Assembly (NCBI GenBank): GCA_016700135.1
Contig: CP065004.1
Coordinates: forward strand, 570,001 to 602,000
DNA length: 32,000 nucleotides
Reading direction: 5' to 3'
From: Candidatus Saccharimonadota bacterium
GTDB taxonomy: Bacteria > Patescibacteriota > Microgenomatia > UBA1406 > GWC2-37-13
Below are positions 15,648 through 24,650 of the stretch, piece after piece (the first letter of the stretch is position 1; each line of letters begins with the position of its first letter). The notes below the pieces were generated by a model. That model had not been told where the DNA came from, ran no database searches, and worked only from the letters and a program-made list of their open reading frames with translations. The translations under genes and the position numbers were made by a program.

Positions 15648-17216
15648 ATGAAACTGTTTTTAGTCCGTCACGGCGAGAGTATCGGAAACACAAAACAAGG
15701 CTTTATATCGGGTCAAACTGATCCTGACGGTTTATCTCCCAAAGGACGAATTCAGATTATCCGTACGGCATGGGAGTTGAAAAATGATCAATACGATCAA
15801 ATATATTCAAGCCCTGTCGCCCGTGCTCAGGAGACAGCGGCAATCCTAAAAAGTTATCTCGGTTCATCAGTGAAAACGGCAGATTGGCTTACCGAGCTTC
15901 ATCACGGAATATTTGAAGGGTACTATTGGTGGGAAGTAATTCATAAAATTCCGCCTTCCTGGCGTGCGAGAAGAGAGGATTTCCGAACGCCCTATCCAAA
16001 GGGGGAAAGTATGGAGCTTCTCATCAAACGTATCTCCGATGGTTTGAAAAAGTGGCTCACTACGTTAGACGAAAGCGGATCGTATATTGTAGTCAGTCAT
16101 CAGGTAGTCATCACGACTATACGATACTGCCTTGAGCATGGCGACGCTTCAACACTCGATACGCAACAATCTCAGCAGGATTTCCTGAAGTATCTGCATG
16201 AGGTTAAACTCGATAACGGATGTTTTGCCCAACTTACACTCAAGAACAATACATTGATTTCAACAAAGGAGGTCTCAGATTTCCCACCTCTCAAGCCGAA
16301 TAAAAACAATATTGCATTTTATTCGAAGGAACTGTTGCAACTCCGTAAAGAGCCTGAAACCGAGAGAATGGAAACCGCATCGGGTAATTCCGTGTATAAA
16401 CTCCAAATGTCAGCGCCAAAAATTATAAAAGTGGTACATGACAAGGACCATGAAGCATTTCAGAGGCAGATAGATCTATATCAATATCTGAATAGTAAAA
16501 AGATCTCGTCTCCGGTAGTTGAACGGGTAGATTCGAGTCAGGTCTTTTTTGGGTATGATGTACTTGTCCAGGATTACGTTGCCGGGGATGTTATAAAGAA
16601 ATGTTTTATTGACCACCCCCAAAAAGTGGACTTGCTTCTTGAAAAAGTGTATGAGGCTCTCGTGCAGATACACAGTCTCCCGGTGGATGAAGTACGACCG
16701 TTTTGGAAGCCTCCGCTTGAGGAGCAGTTTGTCCAGTGGAAAAATTATATGCTTCTCAACATCAATATGACTCTGCATATTGTTCAGGAGAAAAGCGTTA
16801 CAGATGCTACTTATAAAAAAATTGAAGAGGCACTTTCCTGCCTCAAAGATTATGTACGAGAGGAGAGATACGCACTGGAGCCGATACATGGGGATGTGGG
16901 CTCCGACAATATTATCGTACACCACAATACATCATGCAGATTTGTCCGCCTGATTGATTTTGAGTGGGCACGTATTGGAGACGGTTTATGGGATTTTGCT
17001 TATTTCTGGGGATGGCTGGAGAGGAACAATGAAGAAGTCTCTGAAAAGTGGGAAAGGATTTTGCGGAAATATTTCCCTGACCAGATGGTACAACTTGATT
17101 GGTATCGGATCCTTTTTCATGCATGGACTGTGCGTGATATGATGGATTACAAAGATCATCCTATACGGCTTCGTCGCGGCAGAAAGTCGATGGAGATACT
17201 GGAAATGCTTTCTTAA
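15648..17216 (+). CDS. Fusion protein: N-terminal histidine phosphatase (PGM-family) + C-terminal APH/choline-kinase-like phosphotransferase
   Basis: The N-domain has 'LVRHGESIGN', 'SSPVARAQETA' and 'VVSHQVV'. The C-domain has the Brenner motif 'HGDVGSDNIIV' (16887-16910) and 'LIDFEWARIGD' (Asp codon 16956-16958). It is a single uninterrupted 522-aa ORF. Confidence 0.8.
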   Translation: MKLFLVRHGESIGNTKQGFISGQTDPDGLSPKGRIQIIRTAWELKNDQYDQIYSSPVARAQETAAILKSYLGSSVKTADWLTELHHGIFEGYYWWEVIHKIPPSWRARREDFRTPYPKGESMELLIKRISDGLKKWLTTLDESGSYIVVSHQVVITTIRYCLEHGDASTLDTQQSQQDFLKYLHEVKLDNGCFAQLTLKNNTLISTKEVSDFPPLKPNKNNIAFYSKELLQLRKEPETERMETASGNSVYKLQMSAPKIIKVVHDKDHEAFQRQIDLYQYLNSKKISSPVVERVDSSQVFFGYDVLVQDYVAGDVIKKCFIDHPQKVDLLLEKVYEALVQIHSLPVDEVRPFWKPPLEEQFVQWKNYMLLNINMTLHIVQEKSVTDATYKKIEEALSCLKDYVREERYALEPIHGDVGSDNIIVHHNTSCRFVRLIDFEWARIGDGLWDFAYFWGWLERNNEEVSEKWERILRKYFPDQMVQLDWYRILFHAWTVRDMMDYKDHPIRLRRGRKSMEILEMLS

Positions 17217-17225
17217 TTAAGGATA

Positions 17226-17254
17226 TTGACAGAATAAACACCTACTGCAATAAT
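17226..17254 (+). promoter_or_regulatory. Sigma70-type promoter TTGACA-17 nt-(TGc)AATAAT, 6 nt upstream of GTG 17261
   Basis: TTGACA is at 17226-17231, the spacer is 17 nt, and TGcAATAAT is at 17246-17254. 'gaaatt' follows, then GTG. Confidence 0.5.
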
Positions 17255-17762
17255 GAAATTGTGAAACAGAAACTAATTCTTCATTTTTTCCTCTTCTTGC
17301 TTATTCTCTTCATGGGCATTGGTGTAAAAGCCTCAACTCAAGGTATGGCAATTATGCCTCCTGATTCGGATCCTTCAGGAATATTCGGTGAGGATCATTA
17401 TTATTCAGTTATTTTTCGCGGTAACGGCGATACTGTCGTAAATCTGAAGGCTATCTTTACAAATACGGAAGAGGCAACGGTATCTGCAGTAACGCTGCGA
17501 GCTCCCAAAGGTCCGTTAGAAGACATCGTGGCGTATCAGATTATCAGAGACCGCAGATGTCTTCGGTACGAAACAGTCAGGATAATGCCAACTCCCGGTG
17601 TTGTTGAAGATCGTTATGATCCCCCCAAATGCATACAGTATGAGAACCCGGACTTTTATGGATATTATTATTCCGGCAATACTAAGTATAAGAAGGCAAT
17701 AGTGAAAACAGAGGGGGATGTGATAACTCTTACCCTTCCTGAAGGTGTTTCTCCCGAATCAA

Positions 17763-17769
17763 ATGCCAG
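17763..17769. repeat. Target-site duplication ATGCCAG (left copy)
   Basis: An identical 7-mer directly abuts both IS ends (17763-17769 and 18485-18491). Confidence 0.8.
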
Positions 17770-17784
17770 GGCTCTAGACTAGCA
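17770..17784. repeat. IS terminal inverted repeat (left)
   Basis: GGCTCTAGACTAGCA is the exact reverse complement of 18470-18484. Confidence 0.85.
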
Positions 17785-18448
17785 CATTAACAATTTGTAA
17801 TAGTTCATTGTAAAGGATCGATGGGGATTTGCTCCATCTCCATTCACACTCTTTCAAGTGTAATGGAAAGTTTTTCTTTACACCATTGAACTTAACGAGA
17901 CGTCTTTTACAAAAGGACCAGAATGACTCTATGCCATTGATATGGACCCCTTTTGTATTTGAGAACTCATTTTTCTTGTGATTGATTCTCAAATGTTTGT
18001 CATACCCGACATCAACAAGTCCGTTGTATCCGCTCCACGAATCTGAATATACAGTACTGTTCAAGTCAATCTTTCCCTTCATAACAGCATGTAGCGTTCT
18101 TCTTTTACAGTTTGGAATGATACGAGTAAATACACGTCCTTGACGCTCATATATCCCAAATACTACCTGCTTAAATGACGTCCCACGACCTCTTTTACTT
18201 GACTTGCCTCTCATCCTTCGAGGTCCAAAGTATGATTCATCAATTTCTATCTCACCACCAACATATCGTTGCATCTGGTGCACTTGGTGATGATATATGA
18301 GTTGACGAATATTATTGTAATATTTGTTGACTGTATTGCGGTTGAGACCCAAAATACCAGAGGTCTGTGTAGCACTCAGATCGTGTGCAAAACACCATAG
18401 TATCTTTTTTCTCTTGTATTTTGATATCGGCCTATTGTTACAAACCAT
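17774..18448 (-). CDS. IS1595/ISXO2-like DDE transposase (224 aa)
   Basis: The N-terminal HTH is 'LSATQTSGILGLNRNTVNKYY'. The DDE-type region is 'EIDESYFG...VYSDSWSGY...HINGIESFWSFCKRRL', typical of the DDE_Tnp_IS1595 family. Confidence 0.85.
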   Translation of the reverse strand: MVCNNRPISKYKRKKILWCFAHDLSATQTSGILGLNRNTVNKYYNNIRQLIYHHQVHQMQRYVGGEIEIDESYFGPRRMRGKSSKRGRGTSFKQVVFGIYERQGRVFTRIIPNCKRRTLHAVMKGKIDLNSTVYSDSWSGYNGLVDVGYDKHLRINHKKNEFSNTKGVHINGIESFWSFCKRRLVKFNGVKKNFPLHLKECEWRWSKSPSILYNELLQIVNVLV

Positions 18449-18454
18449 ACCTCT

Positions 18455-18463
18455 AGTTTAGCA
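18455..18463 (-). promoter_or_regulatory. Extended -10 TGCTAAACT inside the IS, 6 nt upstream of transposase ATG 18448
   Basis: The minus strand reads gtagTGCTAAACTagaggtATG. Confidence 0.4.
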
Positions 18464-18469
18464 CTACTC

Positions 18470-18484
18470 TGCTAGTCTAGAGCC
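18470..18484. repeat. IS terminal inverted repeat (right)
   Basis: TGCTAGTCTAGAGCC. Confidence 0.85.
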
Positions 18485-18491
18485 ATGCCAG
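18485..18491. repeat. Target-site duplication ATGCCAG (right copy)
   Basis: See the left copy. Confidence 0.8.
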
Positions 18492-19406
18492 TTACATACT
18501 CTATTATCGTTCCAAAGCATATACTCAAAAGGATTTTGCCGGATCCTATTCATATATCTTTGAAACTCTCAAAACGGAATCACCGATCCGGACACTTCAG
18601 GTCGGAATTTCAACAGATATTGATCTGCGGCTGAAAGACGCGTCGTCTGATGTCAATTACGCCGATTCGTCATTAACAGAGCTTAAAGCTGCTCCGACTT
18701 TGGGTTCGGCAGGTATGTCAAACCAGGCGTTTGACCGATATTACCAGCAGATAGGTCAGGGGATGATTGTTGAACATGCTAGTTCCCTGCAGCCTCTTGA
18801 TACTTTTACAGTAGAAGGTTCTTATGCAAAATCACTCTGGCAGCTTCACGCAAAAACATTAGTTATTGTTGTCGTGATAGTGCTTGTCGTACTTGCCGGT
18901 ATCGGATATGGTTTATTCAGATTGTTTAAGCATCTCCGAAGAAAGTCGACAACTGTAGCCCCCGGCCCTCATTCCGGACTGCATACGGTTTTATGGATGG
19001 TCGGCAGCAGCTTCGGATCTTCCATTCTGACTGCCGGGTACACGGTTTTTCTGTTTATTCTCATGAATTTTGTAAGCGGATCTTTTTATATCGGTTATGA
19101 GTACAATTTGCTCGTTTCGCTTTTTGTAATGATTTTGTCTCTTGCGGTTTATCCGCTCTGCCTTTTTGTTCCGGCTATTGTAATGGGGGTCAAGAAAGGT
19201 CTTTGGTGGGGCATAGGTACCTTTGCAATGACAATTGCCTGGCTGTTAATATATCTCTTTGTTGTGTTCGGCTTTCTTGTAATGCTCAGAATGAACAGCT
19301 CATATCCCCGTCCCATGCCATACATCTACGGGACCACTGATAGTGTTGTCCCCGAAACTTCCGACGCAAAATAAGAACGAATTCTTCTGCATTTTTTAAC
19401 GGGATT

Positions 19407-19415
19407 TGCTAGGCT
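19407..19415 (+). promoter_or_regulatory. Extended -10-like TGCTAGGCT, 7 nt upstream of ATG 19423
   Basis: The plus strand reads gatTTGCTAGGCTatatagtATG. TAGGCT keeps the T1, A2 and T6 positions. Confidence 0.35.
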
Positions 19416-19422
19416 ATATAGT

Positions 19423-21099
19423 ATGGAAATATTTATTGAAATCAGTATTATCATCTTTGTGGCCATGATCGTTTCGATCGTGATGCGTCTTTTGAAGCAA
19501 CCGCTGATTGTCGGTTATATCCTTACCGGGATACTCATCGGTCCGTATGTCCTGAACCTCCTGCATAGCGGTGAAGTCCTGGAGCTTTTCTCAAAAATCG
19601 GGATAACTATTCTTCTGTTTATAGTAGGTCTGAATTTGAGTCCGAATGTCATCAAAGAAGTAGGCAAGGTATCTCTTTTTACGGGTCTGGGACAAGTGCT
19701 CTTTACGTCCATAATAGGATTTGTGATATCCCGTGCACTGGGTATAGACACAGTGGCAGCCATATTTGTTGCGATTGCCCTGACTTTTAGCAGTACGATC
19801 ATAATTCTTAAACTCCTTTCGGATAAGGGAGATTTGAATAAGCTATACGGAAAGATCGCAATTGGCTTTTTGCTGGTTCAGGATATTGTTGCAACGATTA
19901 TTTTATTGGTTACAACATCATTTGCAGCCGGTTCCGGTGGTAATGTCGCTGTTGAGGCGGTCGTAACTCTCGGGAAAGGAGCGTTACTAATAACAGCACT
20001 TATTGCTGTCAGTAATTATATTCTTCCAAAACTGAGTAAGTTTATAGCCTCTTCTCAGGAGCTTTTGTTTTTGTTTTCGATCAGTTGGGGCCTTGGAATG
20101 GCAACTCTTTTTAGCATCTTGGGATTTTCCGTTGAGATCGGTGCTCTTGTTGCGGGGGTTACGATGTCTATGACTCCGTATGCATTTGAAGCTGCATCGC
20201 GATTGCGTCCGTTGCGGGATTTCTTCATTTTGCTTTTCTTCATTCTTTTGGGTTCGGAGATGGTTTTGGACGGGATAGGATCATTGTTATTTCCGGCGGC
20301 GATTTTGTCCGTATTTGTTTTGATAGGGAACCCCATTATCGTCGTCATCATAATGAATCTGCTGGGATACAGTAAGAGAACCGGCTTCCAGGCAGGACTG
20401 ACAGTAGCACAGATTAGTGAGTTCTCATTGATTTTGGCAACACTGGGTTTTCAGATAGGATCATTGTCAAAAGAGGTCTTATCTCTTATCACTATTGTCG
20501 GACTGGTAACAATAGCAGGCTCAACGTATCTGATTTTATATGCGGACAATATTTATCCAAAAGTAGAAAAGCTTTTGTCATTTCTGGAACTGAAAAAGAA
20601 CAAACGTGAAAAATCAAGTGACCATGATTATGACTCATTGCTTTTCGGTTTCCAGAGAGTCGGGCAGGATTTTGTAAAATCATTTGAAAAGCTCGGGCTG
20701 CGGTTTATGATTATTGATTTCAATCCGGATTCTATTAAACTCGCTGAAGATATGGAGATTCCCTGTAAGTACGGGGATGCGAAAGATCCGGAGTTCATCG
20801 AAGAACTCAACATCAGAAAATTAAAATACGTTGTCACTACCATTCCCGAGTTTGAGACAAATCTGCACCTGGTTAAGAGAATCCGCTCGGTAAATAAGCG
20901 GGCGATTATTATTGCAATCTCTCACAATCGTGATGAGGCCCTCTCCTTATATGCAGAAGGCACTTCATATGTGATCATGCCTCACTATCTCGGAGCCGAG
21001 TATGCCGTGCGCATGATCAATAAACACGGACTTGAAAAAGGAGAGTATCAGCGTTCACGAGAGAAACATCTTCAGTATCTTGAGAACAGAATTATCTGA
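19423..21099 (+). CDS. CPA2-family cation:proton antiporter (Kef-type) with C-terminal RCK/TrkA-N domain
   Basis: About 12 hydrophobic helices of a Na+/H+-exchanger fold are followed by a soluble Rossmann-like domain ('LLFGFQRVGQDFVKSFEKLGLRFMIIDFNPD'). Confidence 0.85.
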   Translation: MEIFIEISIIIFVAMIVSIVMRLLKQPLIVGYILTGILIGPYVLNLLHSGEVLELFSKIGITILLFIVGLNLSPNVIKEVGKVSLFTGLGQVLFTSIIGFVISRALGIDTVAAIFVAIALTFSSTIIILKLLSDKGDLNKLYGKIAIGFLLVQDIVATIILLVTTSFAAGSGGNVAVEAVVTLGKGALLITALIAVSNYILPKLSKFIASSQELLFLFSISWGLGMATLFSILGFSVEIGALVAGVTMSMTPYAFEAASRLRPLRDFFILLFFILLGSEMVLDGIGSLLFPAAILSVFVLIGNPIIVVIIMNLLGYSKRTGFQAGLTVAQISEFSLILATLGFQIGSLSKEVLSLITIVGLVTIAGSTYLILYADNIYPKVEKLLSFLELKKNKREKSSDHDYDSLLFGFQRVGQDFVKSFEKLGLRFMIIDFNPDSIKLAEDMEIPCKYGDAKDPEFIEELNIRKLKYVVTTIPEFETNLHLVKRIRSVNKRAIIIAISHNRDEALSLYAEGTSYVIMPHYLGAEYAVRMINKHGLEKGEYQRSREKHLQYLENRII

Positions 21100-21105
21100 T
21101 GATCG

Positions 21106-23487
21106 TTAAGGCAGCTGGATACCCATCGTAGGTGAGGGGGTAGTTCCTGTTGCGGGCGTTGGGGTATTTGAAAGAATCGGGATGACTATTTGAGTAGGTG
21201 AGGGGCTTGGCGCTTTCGAAGGAGAAGGAGACGGTGAGGGTGTGTTTGTGGGAGGCTCATCAGTAGGTTGTCCCGTCGGTTCCTGGGAAGGACTGGGGGT
21301 CGGAGTTGCCGTGATCGCCGTACAATTTTCAACAGGCATGTATCTTTTAGAATAGTATTCACTGTAGGAATCTTCATCGCTGCAGAGACTACAATACGAA
21401 TTCGTTGCTTTACAGATCTTTACTTCAATAAGCGATGCCGGTCTTTCGAACTGTTTTACTTCGGTGCCGGCAAGTGCTTTTTGCATAAACCCATGCCAGA
21501 TTGGAGCTGCGGATTGTGATCCGTAGAGTCCGTTCATGGGTGTCCCGTCATTATTACCTACCCAAACACCGGCGACGAGATCAGGCGTGTATCCGATAGT
21601 CCATGCGTCCTTGTAATCGTTTGTCGTACCGGTTTTAGCAGCTGCAGGACGTCCGAGAGTGAGCCAGTTTTGCTCACCGAAGACATCTTTTCTTGCATTA
21701 TTGTCTGAGAGAATGGAAGTAATCATATATGCCGCCGCACTATCCAGGACATTTTCGGTTTTAGTACCGCCGATCAGCCGGTCTTCAAACGGTTCGTTGG
21801 GCTTTAGGAATGAGCTGAATAAGGAAGAAACGGAAAACTGTTCATCTTCAGTGACGGTGTTCGGGTGGTATCGGTATATTTCATTGCCGAATTTGTCGGT
21901 GATCGAAAGGATCGGATGTGACGGGACCAGTTTGCCGTTTGTAGCAAAAACACCGTATGCACGTGTTATCTCGAATAGCTCAACTTCACCGCCGCCCAGT
22001 ACGAGAGAAAGACCGTAGTCTTGATCCGGGTCGAGGGAAAGGACGCCCATTGTACGTGCCAAGTCAACCGCATCTTTCACGCCCGTAAATTCGAGTAATT
22101 TAACTGCAGGAATATTTAGTGAATTGCCCAGCGCGTATCTGATTGTGACATCTCCGCGGAACTGCCCGTCCGAATTTTTAGGCTGATATCCGTTGATATT
22201 GATCGGCTCGTCTTTAATAATGTCACTGGGGTGCTTTCCTTTTACAAAGGCTTCAGCGTATACAATCGGCTTGAATGTCGATCCGGGCTGACGTTTTGCA
22301 AATGCAATATTGTATTTCCCGAATTCTTCGTTACTCCAGTCAACGCTGCCAACCATTGTTAGAATTTCGCCTGTTTTGGGGTTAATCGCAACCAGGCCGG
22401 CGTTACTGGCATCCCGTCTTCCGAGATTGGCAATATGCTGTTTGACGAGCGTTTGTCCCGTCAGCTGCATATCACGATCAAGTGTTGTGACGACACGGAA
22501 CCCCAATCGATTCACATTTTCCTCTCCGTATTTCTGGTATAAATACTCTCTGAGCCAGACGGCAAAATGTGGAGCAATATCGCTTTGGGTTTCTTCTTCT
22601 TGTTCTGCAAACCTTACTTCGGACACGGTCTCAGGGTCTATGCCCATCTGTTCTAGAATGAGTTTTTGACGTGCAAACAGTCGTTCTCGATTTCCTCCGA
22701 AAGGAGTGAGCGCTGAAGGAGCTTTCGGAAGAGCAGCCAAAACAGCTGCCTCTTCGACGGTAAGAGCTGATACTTCCTTATCAAAATACGTTTGAGCTGC
22801 CGCCTCAATTCCATATGCTCCCGCTCCAAAGTAGATTGAGTTGAGGTACATCTCAAGTATTTCATCTTTGCTGTATCGACGCTCTACTTCCATGGAAAGA
22901 ATCAGTTCCTGATATTTCCGGCGGATTGTTTTTTCGGGTGATAGTAGTGCATTTTTGACAAGCTGCTGGGTTATTGTAGAACCTCCCTGCGCATATGATG
23001 TCTGTCTCACGTTCGCGACAACCGACCTCAGAATTCCACGAAGAGAGAATCCCGGATGCTCATAAAATTCATCATCTTCAATTGCAATAAATGCTTTCGG
23101 GACATACTCAGGCATGTTTTCAATGGGATAGATTTCAAGTTCACGTGCTTCAGCAGTACGAAAAAAAGGCTCTTCCTTTCGGTCCATAAGAATAAGTCCT
23201 GTATTATTCCGGTTCATCAATCGTTCGGGGGTGGCAAGGTCAGAGACAAAATAAATGTATGTTGCCACGCCTGAAATGATAAAGAGAATCATGACCAATG
23301 AAAATATCCCGATTATCATAGGGAGACTGAGATGTGTGATCCACATCCGGAATCGAGAGTAGCTTGAGGAGAGGCTGTTTCTCATATGTATTATAAATGG
23401 GCGTAATACTTCCATGAATTGGTGAACTTTCTTTTCAGCATCACGGTAATAGTGTTGTAAGCGGCCTTTCCATGACTTATACGTCAT
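21106..23487 (-). CDS. Class A penicillin-binding protein (PBP1A-type transglycosylase/transpeptidase) with Cys cluster and Pro/Ser/Thr-rich C-terminal tail
   Basis: GT51 motifs are 'EDDEFYEHPGFS', 'GGSTITQQLVKN' and 'RKYQE'. Transpeptidase motifs are 'STFKP', 'SLN' and 'KTGTT'. The tail is 'TPTPSPSQEPTGQPTDEPPTNTPSPSPSPSKAPSPSPT'. Confidence 0.95.
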   Translation of the reverse strand: MTYKSWKGRLQHYYRDAEKKVHQFMEVLRPFIIHMRNSLSSSYSRFRMWITHLSLPMIIGIFSLVMILFIISGVATYIYFVSDLATPERLMNRNNTGLILMDRKEEPFFRTAEARELEIYPIENMPEYVPKAFIAIEDDEFYEHPGFSLRGILRSVVANVRQTSYAQGGSTITQQLVKNALLSPEKTIRRKYQELILSMEVERRYSKDEILEMYLNSIYFGAGAYGIEAAAQTYFDKEVSALTVEEAAVLAALPKAPSALTPFGGNRERLFARQKLILEQMGIDPETVSEVRFAEQEEETQSDIAPHFAVWLREYLYQKYGEENVNRLGFRVVTTLDRDMQLTGQTLVKQHIANLGRRDASNAGLVAINPKTGEILTMVGSVDWSNEEFGKYNIAFAKRQPGSTFKPIVYAEAFVKGKHPSDIIKDEPININGYQPKNSDGQFRGDVTIRYALGNSLNIPAVKLLEFTGVKDAVDLARTMGVLSLDPDQDYGLSLVLGGGEVELFEITRAYGVFATNGKLVPSHPILSITDKFGNEIYRYHPNTVTEDEQFSVSSLFSSFLKPNEPFEDRLIGGTKTENVLDSAAAYMITSILSDNNARKDVFGEQNWLTLGRPAAAKTGTTNDYKDAWTIGYTPDLVAGVWVGNNDGTPMNGLYGSQSAAPIWHGFMQKALAGTEVKQFERPASLIEVKICKATNSYCSLCSDEDSYSEYYSKRYMPVENCTAITATPTPSPSQEPTGQPTDEPPTNTPSPSPSPSKAPSPSPTQIVIPILSNTPTPATGTTPSPTMGIQLP

Positions 23488-23493
23488 ACGGTA

Positions 23494-23502
23494 ATTATAA
23501 CA
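23494..23502 (-). promoter_or_regulatory. Extended -10 promoter TGTTATAAT, 6 nt upstream of PBP ATG 23487
   Basis: The minus strand reads gacTGTTATAATtaccgtATG. Confidence 0.5.
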
Positions 23503-23564
23503 GTCATAGAAGCTTGTAATTTATACAAAATTAATGTAAAAATTATGTAATAACATATCTAAAA

Positions 23565-24647
23565 ATGAGCAGAACAACTAAATATAGCCTCAGCTTTTCA
23601 TATACCTCCGGTGTCGGACCTACCAGATTTGATGCCTTACTTCAGGTATTCGGTACTGTACAGAAAGCATATCAGGCGTCACGCGACGAATTGGTACAAG
23701 TGATCGGTCCGCATTTTGCATCAGCATTTGTAACCGTACGTCAAACTTTAGATCCTGACCTTGAAATACGGCGGCTGGCTAATCAGGGAATTATGGTTAT
23801 TGACCGCGAAAATGTACTGTTTCCGAAGTGTTTACGCGAAATAAGTGATCCTCCAATCTGCCTTTATGTAAAAGGCGACATCTCCAGCTATGACTGGGAT
23901 ACAGATTTTTTATTTGCTGTAGTAGGTACCCGAAATCCGACTGAGTACGGGAAGATGATTACCACAAAATTCAGCAAAGAACTTGCAGAAAATAATGCCG
24001 TAATCGTCTCAGGCATGGCTATGGGAGTGGATGCTTTAGCTCATTGGGCCGCTATTCATGCCGGTTCCAGAACGATTGCGTTCCTCGGCTGCGGAGTAAA
24101 TATTGTTTATCCTGCCGTGAACAGTCATTTATACAAGGAAATTTTACGAAACAACGGTCTGATTATTTCTGAGTTCCCTCCGGACAACGGGACAATAAAA
24201 GGTCATTTTATAACACGAAACCGTCTTATTTCCGGCATATCCCAGGGAGTGCTTGTGGCTGAAGGTTTGATAGATTCCGGTTCACTGATCACGGCACGCT
24301 ATGCATTGGCGCAGGGGAAAGAGGTTTTTGCTCCGCCATCTCCTATCAACTCAGCATTCTCAAAGGCTCCGAACTTACTTCTGAAAGAAGGAGCGAAGCT
24401 TGTGACGGATGTAGAGGACATTCTTGAGGAGTTTCATATGCACAAGCTGACATCTGCAAAACAACCGGTTCTGGACGGTCTTGAAAAGCAGGTGTATGAT
24501 GTCCTTTCAAAAGAAGCATTTACCACAGATGATCTCTCGCGTGCTCTGAATATTCCCGTATTTCACGTTTTGCAGCTACTTTCAAGTCTGGAATTGTCAG
24601 GAATTATTGAAAAAAATGCAACGGGCAAGTATCAGGTTGTGATCTAG
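23565..24647 (+). CDS. dprA: DNA processing/protecting protein DprA (Smf)
   Basis: The Rossmann-like core 'VVGTRNPTEYG...VSGMAMGVDALAHWAA...TIAFLGCGVNIVYP' is present, with a C-terminal winged-helix-like region. Confidence 0.9.
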   Translation: MSRTTKYSLSFSYTSGVGPTRFDALLQVFGTVQKAYQASRDELVQVIGPHFASAFVTVRQTLDPDLEIRRLANQGIMVIDRENVLFPKCLREISDPPICLYVKGDISSYDWDTDFLFAVVGTRNPTEYGKMITTKFSKELAENNAVIVSGMAMGVDALAHWAAIHAGSRTIAFLGCGVNIVYPAVNSHLYKEILRNNGLIISEFPPDNGTIKGHFITRNRLISGISQGVLVAEGLIDSGSLITARYALAQGKEVFAPPSPINSAFSKAPNLLLKEGAKLVTDVEDILEEFHMHKLTSAKQPVLDGLEKQVYDVLSKEAFTTDDLSRALNIPVFHVLQLLSSLELSGIIEKNATGKYQVVI

Positions 24648-24650
24648 TAT

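Larger units (their letters stand above)
17770..18484 (-). mobile_element. IS1595-family (ISXO2-like) insertion sequence, 715 bp
   Basis: The termini are perfect 15-bp inverted repeats, GGCTCTAGACTAGCA / TGCTAGTCTAGAGCC. The element carries a single transposase ORF, is flanked by a 7-bp direct repeat, and interrupts an ORF. Confidence 0.85.
17261..19374 (+). pseudogene. Membrane protein gene (signal peptide + ectodomain + ~5 C-terminal TM helices) split by an IS insertion
   Basis: Deleting 17770-18491 (the IS plus one copy of the 7-bp duplication) joins ...GVSPESNA to SYILYYRSKAY... in frame. No stop occurs through the 18700-19374 ORF, giving a 1392-nt (463-aa) ORF. Confidence 0.8.

Noticed and set aside
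16476-16925. A 149-aa antisense ORF lies within the kinase domain of the fusion gene.
   Set aside because: It is antisense to a region holding conserved kinase motifs, has no expression signals, and is typical of a spurious complementary-frame ORF.
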